Source: an uncultured Nitrospinota bacterium
GTDB lineage: Bacteria; Nitrospinota; Nitrospinia; CAJXCL01
Direction of reading: 5' to 3'
DNA: 60,619 bases
Assembly (NCBI GenBank): GCA_964394335.1
Contig: CAYMVZ010000002.1
Location: 1 to 60,619, forward strand
Positions 50,988 to 60,523 of the stretch are shown piece after piece; the first letter of the stretch is position 1, and each line of letters opens with the position of its first letter. Below the pieces are notes generated by a model, which did no database searches, was not told the DNA's origin, and saw nothing but the letters and a program-made list of their open reading frames with translations. The translations under genes and the position numbers were made by a program.

Positions 50988-53093
50988 GTGCAAAAATCTT
51001 TTCGTAAAGCAGATCTGCAAAATCTTCTTTTAATAATTATCATTCCCAGCCTTCTTTATTTTCACGCCTATAAAAGCCCTTTCCATCTTGACGATTTTAT
51101 CACTATCATCGATAGGCCTCTAATTAAAAATCTCAGCATTTTTTTTGATGAGGATAATAACCCTTATGCCGCCAGCGGCATATTCCAAAACAGGGTTTTC
51201 CTGCTTTACAGTTTTGCGTTAAATTACCATATTGGCAACCTTAATGTAATAGGCTATCATCTTGTTAATGTCATTATACATCTCATAGTTTCTATCCTAA
51301 TATACTTTTTAGTCAAAGAAATATTAGCATGCCAACCCCTCAATACTTCCCAAAGTGGAAAAAAGCAATTTCAGTATAGCAGGACAATCCCTTTGCTCGC
51401 TTCTCTCTTGTTTTCTGTTCATCCATTACAAACAGAATCAGTAACTTATATTTCCAGCCGGTCAACTCTTGCAGTAACTTTTTTCTTTTTAGGATCGCTC
51501 CTTTTTTTTATTAAAGGATCGGCATTCTTTTTTAATCCTTTGAAAGAAATTAAACACAAAATCTACATAGTCAATTATTTTCTCTTCGGAATACTGTTCT
51601 TTTTATTGGGACTGGGATTCAAAGAAACCATCGTTGTTCTGCCGCTAATCTTTTTTCTTTATATACTGCTGTTTTACTCACGGCAAATACGTCTATCAAG
51701 GAAGGTTCTTGGTTCTATCTTCCTGCTGATATTTCTTCTGCTGATTCACGGCGCTGGATTTTTTATGCATTCTAAAGAGATAGACCGATTGGCTGCACTA
51801 TATAAGACATCTGAATTTCAGGAAAAGAGTATACAGGACGCAATGGTTAAGCTTAAAGAAATTAAAAAAAAGCAGCACCCATTTCTTAATTTATTCTACT
51901 TTTCAACTGATGAACCAAATATCCTAACCAATATCTATCGTTCTATATATTCCAGAGGTAAGTACGTTTATAGCGTAGGAAAAGTTTCATATTCCGAAAA
52001 AGTCTACTTTTTGTCAGAATTAGAAATTATCGTATTTTATTATCTTAAGCTTCTTTTTTTACCCTTCAATCAAAGCGTCTTTCCTGATTTTCCTGAATTC
52101 AATATTGAACACTGGAAAACATTAATTGGTGCTTTATTTGTCATAGTTTTATTATCTACATACTGTCTGTTTTCAAACTTAAGATTAATTTCATTTTCTT
52201 TCTTTTGGTACATTGTAACAATTATGCCTTACACTACTTTCATACCTTTAACCGACCTGGTTTCGGAACATCGAACATATCTTCCCAACATCGGTTTTTT
52301 TATAGCAGTTTCAACAGGATTAGCTGCATTGCTAACCTTAAAAAAACGCCTTATTTCTTTATCCTTTATTTTAGCAATTTTAGTATCTGCTTCTATGCTA
52401 ACTTTAAAAAGAAACTTTATATGGCAAAGTGAAATTTCATTGTGGGAAGACTCTGTTAAAAAAGCTCCCGGACACGTTAAGTCTATTAATGCCCTTGGAG
52501 CGGCATATATCAGAGCAGGAAAACATGAGAAGGCACAGCCTGTTTTCCAGAAGGGCTTAAAAATAGACCCTTTTAACCATACTCTCAATATTAACATGGG
52601 TATAATATTCAAAAAAAATGGCAATCTTGATAAGGCAGAAGAACACTTTAAACTGGCTGCTTTAATTTCAAAAGATTATTTGGCGTTCATTAATCTTGGA
52701 TCTATTTATTTAGAAAGAGACCTGTACTTTCAAGGTATAGAAGAATTCAATAAAGCCCTAAGTAGTAAACCGGATTCACACCTTGCTTATTTTTATCTTG
52801 GTATAGCTTACAATGATTTGAAAGACTACAAAAAGGCCATCCAGTACTTTGAAAAATCTATTGAGTTAAATTCTGATTTTTCTAAAGCGTATAACAATTT
52901 GGGATTCAGTTATTGGAATTTGGGAAAACATGATGAAGCTTATGAGTGGTTTGTAAAAGCTATGAATAAACAGCCGGAACTTCCTACTCCATACTTAAAT
53001 ATTGGAAATTATTTCCTTATTAAAGGACAACAAAAACAAGCTGAAGATTTTCTTAAACGTTATCAAGAAAAGTTAAAAAATGAGAAAAAATAA
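50988..53093 (+). CDS. TMTC-like GT-C membrane protein with TPRs, copy 1 (GTG start)
   Basis: FHLDD first-loop motif, YHLVNVIIH, FSVHPLQTESVTYISSRS, SEHRTYLP, LWEDSVKK, TPRs. Confidence 0.85.
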   Translation: MQKSFRKADLQNLLLIIIIPSLLYFHAYKSPFHLDDFITIIDRPLIKNLSIFFDEDNNPYAASGIFQNRVFLLYSFALNYHIGNLNVIGYHLVNVIIHLIVSILIYFLVKEILACQPLNTSQSGKKQFQYSRTIPLLASLLFSVHPLQTESVTYISSRSTLAVTFFFLGSLLFFIKGSAFFFNPLKEIKHKIYIVNYFLFGILFFLLGLGFKETIVVLPLIFFLYILLFYSRQIRLSRKVLGSIFLLIFLLLIHGAGFFMHSKEIDRLAALYKTSEFQEKSIQDAMVKLKEIKKKQHPFLNLFYFSTDEPNILTNIYRSIYSRGKYVYSVGKVSYSEKVYFLSELEIIVFYYLKLLFLPFNQSVFPDFPEFNIEHWKTLIGALFVIVLLSTYCLFSNLRLISFSFFWYIVTIMPYTTFIPLTDLVSEHRTYLPNIGFFIAVSTGLAALLTLKKRLISLSFILAILVSASMLTLKRNFIWQSEISLWEDSVKKAPGHVKSINALGAAYIRAGKHEKAQPVFQKGLKIDPFNHTLNINMGIIFKKNGNLDKAEEHFKLAALISKDYLAFINLGSIYLERDLYFQGIEEFNKALSSKPDSHLAYFYLGIAYNDLKDYKKAIQYFEKSIELNSDFSKAYNNLGFSYWNLGKHDEAYEWFVKAMNKQPELPTPYLNIGNYFLIKGQQKQAEDFLKRYQEKLKNEKK

Positions 53094-54774
53094 AAAACTT
53101 GTCTGCTCGTCCGTGGTTTTAATAATTGTTCTCAATCTGCTTGTCTATGCCAATACCTTCAAAGTGCCATTTCAGTTTGATGATGTCAAATTTATCGAGA
53201 ATAATGAAAATATTTTAGAACCATTAGATATTAATGCCTTGATAAAAACCTACTTTTTAAGAGGCATCGTTCGTTGGAGTTATGCTGTGAATTATCTAAT
53301 AGGCGAATTTAATACTATTGGCTATCATATTGTCAATTTATCAGTGCATATTATAATTTCGATACTTTTTTTTGTAGTTCTTCGTAACCTGTATCCCAAC
53401 AGTAAATGGAATTTGCCACTTTTAGCAGCCCTTTTATTTTCCCTTCACCCTGTCCAAATAGAATCAGTTACTTACCTGATGAGCCGTTCTGGATTACTTG
53501 CTACTTTTTTTTATCTTCTGGCATTTTATTTTTTTATCAATTCTACCCAAAACTTTCCGGTACATAAGGCTAAAACAGTTGTTTTTTCAATTGCCGCTCT
53601 AATTTGTTTTCTCCTGGGTCTTGGATCCAAATTAACCATAGTTTCATTACCAATAATACTGATCATTTACTTGTTCGTCATTAATATGAATAAAAACAGC
53701 ATTTTGTCTATTATACGTCAATATAAATGGCTTCTGATGGGAGTGCTTGCAATCTTTACTTTGTTTTTGGTTTATAAGTCCTTTTCAAAACATGGATTGA
53801 TAGGGATCCAGGGTATGGCGATAGAACAATATGGCAGGTGGGGTTATTTTATGACTGAGGTTAAAGCTTTTTATTTTTATTATTTAAAGTTATTATTTCT
53901 TCCAACTAACCTAAATATCAACCCTGATTTTCCCTTTTCACCTTCATTATGGCAAACTATTTGTTTACTAACGCTGACACTGTTTGGATTGTTCTATTTA
54001 GTAAAATATTCAAAGAAATTACCACTATTGATTTTTTCTGTTTTATGGATACTTGTTACTCTTTTACCAACATCTTCCATTGTTCCATTAAACGACATTG
54101 TAGCTGAGCATCGAATATATCTCCCTTCACTCGGTTTTTTTACCGCAATAAGTCTGGCCATAGTAGAGCCCAAACGACAGTCTGAAATGTTAAAAATAGT
54201 TTCAGTTTTAACTATGGTGGTAGTGTTTTCTATTTTAACGGTCCAGAGAAATAATGTTTGGAATAATCCAATTTCTCTATGGGAAGATGCAATGAAAAAA
54301 TCGCCTCATCACGTTAGATCTTATCTCAATGCAGGCAGGAGTTATTATTACGAAAAGATGTTAGAGAAAGCGGTTGCAGCTTATGAAAAGGCCAATAACA
54401 TTGATATCTTTTATTTTGAATCGCACTATAACCTCGCTACTATTTACTATGAGTGGGGAAACCTCGATAAAGCAGTAAAGGAATTCTCAATCGCATTGCG
54501 ATTGAATAAAAACTTGCCAGTAGCTTATATAAATCTTGGTAATATTTATATGGAAAAAAAAGAGCATGACACGGCAATTGATATGTTTAAAGCCGCTATT
54601 CATCTTCAGGAGGACTGTTCTGTCTGTTTTCGTAATATAGCCATTATTTATTATTACCATCTTAAGGACTACAAAAAGGCAATGTTTTATTTCCAACAGA
54701 CATTAAGATTAGACCCTGAACAAAACCAAAAGCAGGAAATTCAATCTATTCTTAGTTCTCTTGATACTTCTTAA
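53080..54774 (+). CDS. TMTC-like GT-C membrane protein with TPRs, copy 2
   Basis: FQFDD, YHIVNLSVH, FSLHPVQIESVTYLMSRS, AEHRIYLP, LWEDAMKK, TPRs. Confidence 0.85.
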   Translation: MRKNKKLVCSSVVLIIVLNLLVYANTFKVPFQFDDVKFIENNENILEPLDINALIKTYFLRGIVRWSYAVNYLIGEFNTIGYHIVNLSVHIIISILFFVVLRNLYPNSKWNLPLLAALLFSLHPVQIESVTYLMSRSGLLATFFYLLAFYFFINSTQNFPVHKAKTVVFSIAALICFLLGLGSKLTIVSLPIILIIYLFVINMNKNSILSIIRQYKWLLMGVLAIFTLFLVYKSFSKHGLIGIQGMAIEQYGRWGYFMTEVKAFYFYYLKLLFLPTNLNINPDFPFSPSLWQTICLLTLTLFGLFYLVKYSKKLPLLIFSVLWILVTLLPTSSIVPLNDIVAEHRIYLPSLGFFTAISLAIVEPKRQSEMLKIVSVLTMVVVFSILTVQRNNVWNNPISLWEDAMKKSPHHVRSYLNAGRSYYYEKMLEKAVAAYEKANNIDIFYFESHYNLATIYYEWGNLDKAVKEFSIALRLNKNLPVAYINLGNIYMEKKEHDTAIDMFKAAIHLQEDCSVCFRNIAIIYYYHLKDYKKAMFYFQQTLRLDPEQNQKQEIQSILSSLDTS

Positions 54775-54874
54775 CAGTTCGATAAAATCTGTTTATTTAA
54801 AATCGATTTTTCTTCTACTGCGGAAATAAAAGCCGGTTTGACATTATTCTATACGGTGATTACAATATTGGGCT

Positions 54875-56980
54875 ATGAATATTAATTGTTCCTGGCTGAA
54901 AGAATATATTGGTTTTGATCTCTCTCCTGAAGAACTCTCCAATAAATTAACTCTCGCGGGATTGGAAGTTGAAAACCTGAAAGAAAAAGGCAAGTCCGAT
55001 GCTTTGCTGGAGATTAATATAACTCCGAACCGGCCTGACTGCCTCAGTTTCATTGGAATAGCACGGGAAATATCCGCTCTTACCGGGTCTTCGATAAAAT
55101 ACCCGGACTGCACGGTACGAGAGCAAGGCAAAAATATTGAAAAGGTGACGGCGGTTGCCATCCATGATGAATATTTGTGTCCGCGCTATTCAGCCAGGGT
55201 TATTGAGGGAGTTAAAGTAGGCCCTTCTCCGCAATGGCTGGTGGATAAATTGGATTCCATCAATATTAGATCCATTAATAACATTGTGGACATCACAAAT
55301 TTTGTTTTGCATGAAATAGGGCAGCCGCTTCACGCGTTTGATTACGATCTGTTAAAAGAAAACAGGATTGTGGTACGTCGTGGTATTAACGGAGAGAAGT
55401 TTGTAGCCCTTGATAATACCACCTGCGATATAAAAGACTCCATGCTTGTCATTGCCGATGCGGAGAGACCAATAGCCTTGGCCGGAATAATAGGCGGCAA
55501 GAATACAGAGGTATCGGATAAAACAACTAATATTCTTCTGGAAAGCGCTTATTTCGAACCGACACAAATTCGTCGTACCTCGAAAAAACTTGGTTTACAA
55601 ACGGAATCTTCCTTTCGTTTTGAACGCGGAGCAGATCCCGAAAATGTCTTAAAAGCATCAAACCGGGCTGCGGGATTAATCTTGAAAGTGGCGGGTGGAA
55701 AAGTCGCAAAAGGGATTATTGACATTTATCCAACATTAATATCATCTCCGGAAATAACTTTGAGGCTGGACAGGGTAAATAAGGTTTTGGGAACAAACCT
55801 TACCGGGAATGAAGTAAAAAATTATGTCGAAAAACTTGACTTTTCTGTTTTGCAAGAGCAAGAGGGAAAGTTTGAGATTGAGGTGCCTTCCTGGCGGCGA
55901 GATATTACAAGAGAAATTGATTTGATTGAAGAGATTACCCGGCTTCATGGTTATGATAATATTGAAGCTAAAAGCCCTGAATACAGAATTAACAGAGTGA
56001 ACCTGAATAAATATTACACTTTCGAAAAAGAAGTAAAAAACTATTTTAAAGGAAAAGGGTTTTGCGAGGCAATTAACTACGCATTTATCAGCGATGAAAT
56101 GCAGAGGCTTTTTCAAAATAATAACCAGAATTTCGAAACCGATAATGTATTCCTGAAAAACCCTATAAACAATGAATGGCGGGTCATGAGAAAAAGCCTG
56201 TTACCGGGATTGCTGATCTCTATTCAGAAAAACATTAACAGGGGGATTGAGGAGGTTCAACTTTTTGAATTGGGCAGACAATATGACCCTGTAAAGGACA
56301 CAAATACCATTTCGAAAAATAAAGCCATGGATACTAATAAAAGTAGTTTATCAAAAGAAATTAATTATCTTTCAGGGGTGGTGACCTCAAAAGTAGAAAG
56401 AAAACTATGGAAAGAAGAAATGTCGAGAAATATATATTACTTGAAGGGGATTATCGAGATGTTTCTGGAAGAGATGCGTTTAAAAAAATTTAGTTATAAA
56501 AAAACTTCTTTGCCCACCTTTAATAATCTAATAGAATTATATAGCAGTGAAAACAAAATTGGATTTATTGGTGAGTTGAGCCGCGATGTAACTGATAAAT
56601 TGGATATTAAAGACAGTCTATTGGTATTTGAAATTAATCTTGATATGCTGTATAAAATTCGGGAAGAATTGACATCATTTAGCTCTATTTCAAAATACCC
56701 GAATATTTTAAGAGATATTGCGATTCTTGCGGATCGTAAAGTAGAATCCAAAGTAATTGAAGATTATATTAAGAGGCAAGGGACATTCCTGTTAAAAAAA
56801 CTGACTCTTTTTGACTGCTATGAAGGAAAGTCCATTCCGTCAGGTAAAAAAAGTCTTGCATATTCTCTGGTATTTGGGGATGACGAGAGGACTTTGAAGG
56901 ATGAGGAAGTTGACGCTATACATGAGAATATAATTAAGGGATTGGCTGATAAATTTAAAGCGCATTTAAGACCACAATGA
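54875..56980 (+). CDS. pheT: Phenylalanyl-tRNA synthetase beta subunit, short form lacking the B2 OB-fold
   Basis: ITPNRPDCLS, INNIVDITN, GQPLHAFD, RFERG, DLIEEI.R..GY, C-terminal anticodon-binding domain. Confidence 0.95.
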   Translation: MNINCSWLKEYIGFDLSPEELSNKLTLAGLEVENLKEKGKSDALLEINITPNRPDCLSFIGIAREISALTGSSIKYPDCTVREQGKNIEKVTAVAIHDEYLCPRYSARVIEGVKVGPSPQWLVDKLDSINIRSINNIVDITNFVLHEIGQPLHAFDYDLLKENRIVVRRGINGEKFVALDNTTCDIKDSMLVIADAERPIALAGIIGGKNTEVSDKTTNILLESAYFEPTQIRRTSKKLGLQTESSFRFERGADPENVLKASNRAAGLILKVAGGKVAKGIIDIYPTLISSPEITLRLDRVNKVLGTNLTGNEVKNYVEKLDFSVLQEQEGKFEIEVPSWRRDITREIDLIEEITRLHGYDNIEAKSPEYRINRVNLNKYYTFEKEVKNYFKGKGFCEAINYAFISDEMQRLFQNNNQNFETDNVFLKNPINNEWRVMRKSLLPGLLISIQKNINRGIEEVQLFELGRQYDPVKDTNTISKNKAMDTNKSSLSKEINYLSGVVTSKVERKLWKEEMSRNIYYLKGIIEMFLEEMRLKKFSYKKTSLPTFNNLIELYSSENKIGFIGELSRDVTDKLDIKDSLLVFEINLDMLYKIREELTSFSSISKYPNILRDIAILADRKVESKVIEDYIKRQGTFLLKKLTLFDCYEGKSIPSGKKSLAYSLVFGDDERTLKDEEVDAIHENIIKGLADKFKAHLRPQ

Positions 56981-57264
56981 AAATTGAAACCATTGATAAA
57001 TTTCAAAAAATAGAAAAAGAATTAAAAAAAATGATTTCTCAGCTGAATTCGGTTAAGGATGAAAATAAAATATTAAAAAAACGTGTAAACGAACTGGAAA
57101 AATTTAAAGCGTCAGGGTCTAAAAAAATCATAAAAGGTCAAAAAGTTTCTTCAGATTATGATAATCTTAAAAACAACTTCAACAAACTCACACGTGAAAA
57201 AGAACTTATTCGGAAAAAAGTTGATCAGATGCTAAAGAAGATGGAAACTGTTCAGATTTTTTGA
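56977..57264 (+). CDS. ZapB-like coiled-coil protein
   Basis: All-helical heptad pattern; overlaps the pheT stop; upstream of zapA. Confidence 0.65.
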   Translation: MKIETIDKFQKIEKELKKMISQLNSVKDENKILKKRVNELEKFKASGSKKIIKGQKVSSDYDNLKNNFNKLTREKELIRKKVDQMLKKMETVQIF

Positions 57265-57297
57265 GCTATTGGGACGCGGATTTTCATAAAGCGGCTA

Positions 57298-57533
57298 GTG
57301 GCTGCAGCCACAATTCGGCAGGAAAGCCGAATTGGACGAATCCCAAAGGAAGGTCGCCCGAAGGGTTGAGGTCAGGGATGGCCGATATCACAATTTTACC
57401 ACGATGGTAAAATTGGACGGATTCCGAAGGAAGGCCACCCTAAGGGTTGAGACCAGGGATGGTCGAAATCAAATGAAGCTTCCGCCCAATCTGCTAACAA
57501 AAATTGTGCTAAACTCAGCTTTGTTAAAAAAAC
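57298..57533 (+). repeat. Tandem multi-hairpin units U2 and U3 (80-nt period) plus terminal hairpin
   Basis: Palindrome GTGGCTGCAGCCAC 57298-57311; units start 57309 and 57389; homologous to 15149-15246. Confidence 0.8.
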
Positions 57534-57597
57534 ACAGTTTTGCAAGTTTGTAGTACAGAAAATAATGATAGAAAATATTTCTTTTTAAAATGATAAA

Positions 57598-57894
57598 ATG
57601 GACAAAGAAAAAAGAAATTTAACAGAAGTCGAAATATACAAGGAGTCATATAAAATTGTAAATGACGCCTCGCCGAAATACACCCAATCTCTTGCAAAAT
57701 ATGTAGATGAAAAGATGAAAGACATCTCACAAGCCACCTCAACGGTTTCATCCATGAAAGTCGCCGTTCTTGCCGCTCTAAATATTGCTGATGAGTTGTT
57801 TAAAGTGAAACAGGAATTGAAGACCGAGAAAGAAGTAATCGAAAAAGAAACAGACAGCCTGTATCGATTAATTCAAAGCAATACAAAATTTTAA
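57598..57894 (+). CDS. zapA: Cell division protein ZapA
   Basis: EVEIYKESYKI, LAKYVDEKM, KVAVLAALNIADELF. Confidence 0.92.
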   Translation: MDKEKRNLTEVEIYKESYKIVNDASPKYTQSLAKYVDEKMKDISQATSTVSSMKVAVLAALNIADELFKVKQELKTEKEVIEKETDSLYRLIQSNTKF

Positions 57895-57945
57895 TTAAAC
57901 CTTAGAATAATACCTACCTTAATCCCTCCTTGACTGGGAATTAAT

Positions 57946-58506
57946 TTGCAAAAAATAAGGTTTTACACATTTTTAGTAGTGAATTATTCCTCAAAGGTTC
58001 TAGGCTTTTTTTTAGATCTTGTTTATCCTCCGAAATGTTTTAAATGTGGATTTTCTTTGATCGGCTTGGAAAGCAGCTCGATTTGTTCCTCCTGTGTTAA
58101 AAAGATTAGTCTTATTAAACCTCCCTTTTGTGAAACATGCGGGAAACCATTCTACTTTCAATACGATCCCCCATCTGAAGGTGGCTATCGGTGTGGTACC
58201 TGCCGAACTGAGAAGCATTATTTTGATAAGGCGCGGTCTTTAGGAAAATATGAAGGAGTCTTTAGACAGGCGTTGATAAGTTACAAATATAAAGGCAGAA
58301 AGGAATTGCTGAAAGATTTTGTAAAAATATGCCTTCAGCCTCAAAATAATTATTGTTTTATTCCCCTGAAGAAGCACGTTGACAAGTCCAATGGCATAGA
58401 TGTAATTCTTTATGTTCCGTTACACAAAAAGAAATTACGAACAAGGGGATTTGATCAGGCATTCCTCATAGCTAAAGAGATATTGTATCAAATAAACATC
58501 AATTAA
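57946..58506 (+). pseudogene. comF: ComF-family protein truncated before the PRPP-binding domain
   Basis: Double Zn ribbon (CFKC, CSSC, CETC, CGTC), YKYKG, VPLHKKKLRTRGFDQA, then a stop; no DD-x-TTG motif seen in downstream frames. Confidence 0.8.
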
Positions 58507-58861
58507 TCAAAAAGTTATAAGTATATCAAATCCATAAATAGCACATCTTAGCACACTCGGAAAATTTTAGCACAGAAATACTGGTAAACAATCGTTCACC
58601 TGGACTGCTTCACAGAATACCTGAAATTCTTACGAGGATGCCATATATTGGACGATCTTATGTTGCGCTGAGGGAAAGCTGCTGGCTTGGTGAGAGGAAG
58701 ATTGAAACGCCAGTTGAAGTGATCCGGGTGAAATGTTTATAATGTTCGGGAAATCAAAAAAAAGAAGTCAAGGAATGTGAACTTAATAAGTTTCTATGAC
58801 ACAAAATTCCCACAAGGGGTTTTGATGAACCAATTATGACAATAAGGAAGTTAGAAAATAT

Positions 58862-58896
58862 TTGAGTAAAAGTTGGCAAATGTCTTACAATATAAT
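58862..58896 (+). promoter_or_regulatory. Putative sigma70 promoter of the DprA-PRTase pair
   Basis: TTGAGT-N18-TACAAT overlapping a TATAAT; GGAGGT RBS before ATG 59031. Confidence 0.35.
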
Positions 58897-59030
58897 GAAG
58901 CTTGTTTTGCAATCATAAATTGATAAGATAAAAAATATTTTTATTGAAAACTCTGCCGCCGACAAGATTTGTTAAAAGCTATAGATTTAGATGAACTTAA
59001 TGGACTTAGTTAATGGAGGTATAATAAATT

Positions 59031-59921
59031 ATGCAAGCGGCGTTAAAAAGTACCATATCAGCTTTTGATGAAATGCTCGCTTATGAAACATTGTGGGCTA
59101 TGCTAAATTCTTCACTAAAGAAAATAGCAGAAATGTTTTGTGAACATAAAGTGCTTCCTTCCGAGCTTCTTAAAATAAAGAGCGATATGTTCGATGTGCC
59201 AAAACTTAAAGAGGAGGTTGAAAAGTTCTTACTAAATAAAAGAGGGTTCCTTGTAAGTATTAATGGTGATTTTCAATATCCGAAACGACTTCGAGCAGCA
59301 AGGTATCCAATTGAACTCTTCTATTATAAAGGTGATGTGGGATTACTTGATAGTCCTTGCATTTCAGTTGTTGGAGCAAGAAAATGTACAGAAAAAGGAA
59401 TTAAAAGGACAATGGACTTAGTAAAAGGACTTGTTAAAAATGATTATACAATAGTTTCTGGACTAGCCTCAGGAATAGACAAAGTTGCAATGGAAACAGC
59501 AATAGCCTCCAAGGGAAATACTATAGGTGTAATTGGAACGCCAATAGACGAATATTATCCTAAAGAAAACAAATTGTTACAGGATGAAATCTCCTCGAAA
59601 TATCTATTGATGAGTCAAGTTCCATTTTATAGATATAAGAAGGAACCGTTTAGCTCAAAAAGAAATTATTTCCCACAGAGAAATGCGACAATGTCAGCCT
59701 TATCTTATGCAACAATAATTGTTGAGGCATCTGATACAAGCGGAACATTGATCCAAGCAAGAGAATGTTTAGCTCAAAACAGAAAACTATTCATTTTAAA
59801 TTCTTGTTTTGAAAACTCAAATATTTCTTGGCCGAGAAAATACGAAGAACGTGGTGCTAAAAGAGTATATGAGTTAGACGATATATTGAATGTCTTAAAT
59901 AATGGTCCAACTAAAAAATGA
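59031..59921 (+). CDS. DprA/Smf-family Rossmann-fold protein (ShosA-like)
   Basis: YPKRLR, LFYYKGD, SVVGAR, IVSGLASGID, YPKEN, FPQRN, IIVEA..TSGTLIQA; lacks the C-terminal winged helix of competence DprA. Confidence 0.9.
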   Translation: MQAALKSTISAFDEMLAYETLWAMLNSSLKKIAEMFCEHKVLPSELLKIKSDMFDVPKLKEEVEKFLLNKRGFLVSINGDFQYPKRLRAARYPIELFYYKGDVGLLDSPCISVVGARKCTEKGIKRTMDLVKGLVKNDYTIVSGLASGIDKVAMETAIASKGNTIGVIGTPIDEYYPKENKLLQDEISSKYLLMSQVPFYRYKKEPFSSKRNYFPQRNATMSALSYATIIVEASDTSGTLIQARECLAQNRKLFILNSCFENSNISWPRKYEERGAKRVYELDDILNVLNNGPTKK

Positions 59922-60523
59922 GCGGTTTATGGAAAATAATAGAAAAAACTGTAGGAACAGATTTTCCACAACACCTTGATGACACAGACAAATGTTATTA
60001 TGCTCGAGATTATATTTCTCAAGGTGGGTATCAATCTTCAGAAACTAACGATCTCATTTCAAATTTTAAAAAATCTACGGACAGGAAGAATAAACCTGAA
60101 TGGCATTATAAGAAAATAGCAATTGAAAGATTTGCCACTGAGTTAAGTCTTGTAATTCGAGATAAGATGTCAATAACTTGCATACCTAGTTCAAAGTGTA
60201 CTACTGATCCTGATTATGACTTTAGATTAGAAGAAACACTTTTACATTTAAAAGAAAAGAAGCCTTTGATAAATATTGAATATCCCTTAAAAGTTTCACA
60301 AACAACACTTGCATCTCATCTTGGTGGCAGTAGAGATATTTCTACGATTTATGCTAATTTGAAATGGGATGGTTTTACTACACCACCCGAAAAACTAATT
60401 ATCCTTATAGATGATGTTATTACTTCTGGTGCGCACTTTAAGGCATGTAAAAAAAAATTTTTAGAACATCATCCAGGTATTGAGGTTTTAGGGTTGTTCT
60501 GGGCAAAGACTGTATCGAAATAA
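59918..60523 (+). CDS. Phosphoribosyltransferase-like protein (ShosT-like PRTase domain)
   Basis: PRPP motif IILIDDVITSGAHF, CIPSSK; ATGA overlap with the DprA-like gene. Confidence 0.8.
   Translation: MSGLWKIIEKTVGTDFPQHLDDTDKCYYARDYISQGGYQSSETNDLISNFKKSTDRKNKPEWHYKKIAIERFATELSLVIRDKMSITCIPSSKCTTDPDYDFRLEETLLHLKEKKPLINIEYPLKVSQTTLASHLGGSRDISTIYANLKWDGFTTPPEKLIILIDDVITSGAHFKACKKKFLEHHPGIEVLGLFWAKTVSK

Noticed and set aside
57309-57470. CRISPR array
   Set aside because: Only two units, the variable parts are self-complementary hairpins, and no cas genes are present.
57332-57553. 73-aa ORF with an internal peptide repeat
   Set aside because: It is the structured repeat read in frame. Changes preserve base pairing rather than amino acids, and there is no RBS.
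57895-57945. 6S RNA, often found after zapA
   Set aside because: The gap is only ~50 nt.
58548-58575. CIRCE operator
   Set aside because: The TTAGCAC-like halves are direct repeats, not the inverted TTAGCACTC-N9-GAGTGCTAA.
58542-58735. Open frame of ~64 codons after comF as the missing comF end
   Set aside because: No PRPP motif, no ComF similarity and no good start.
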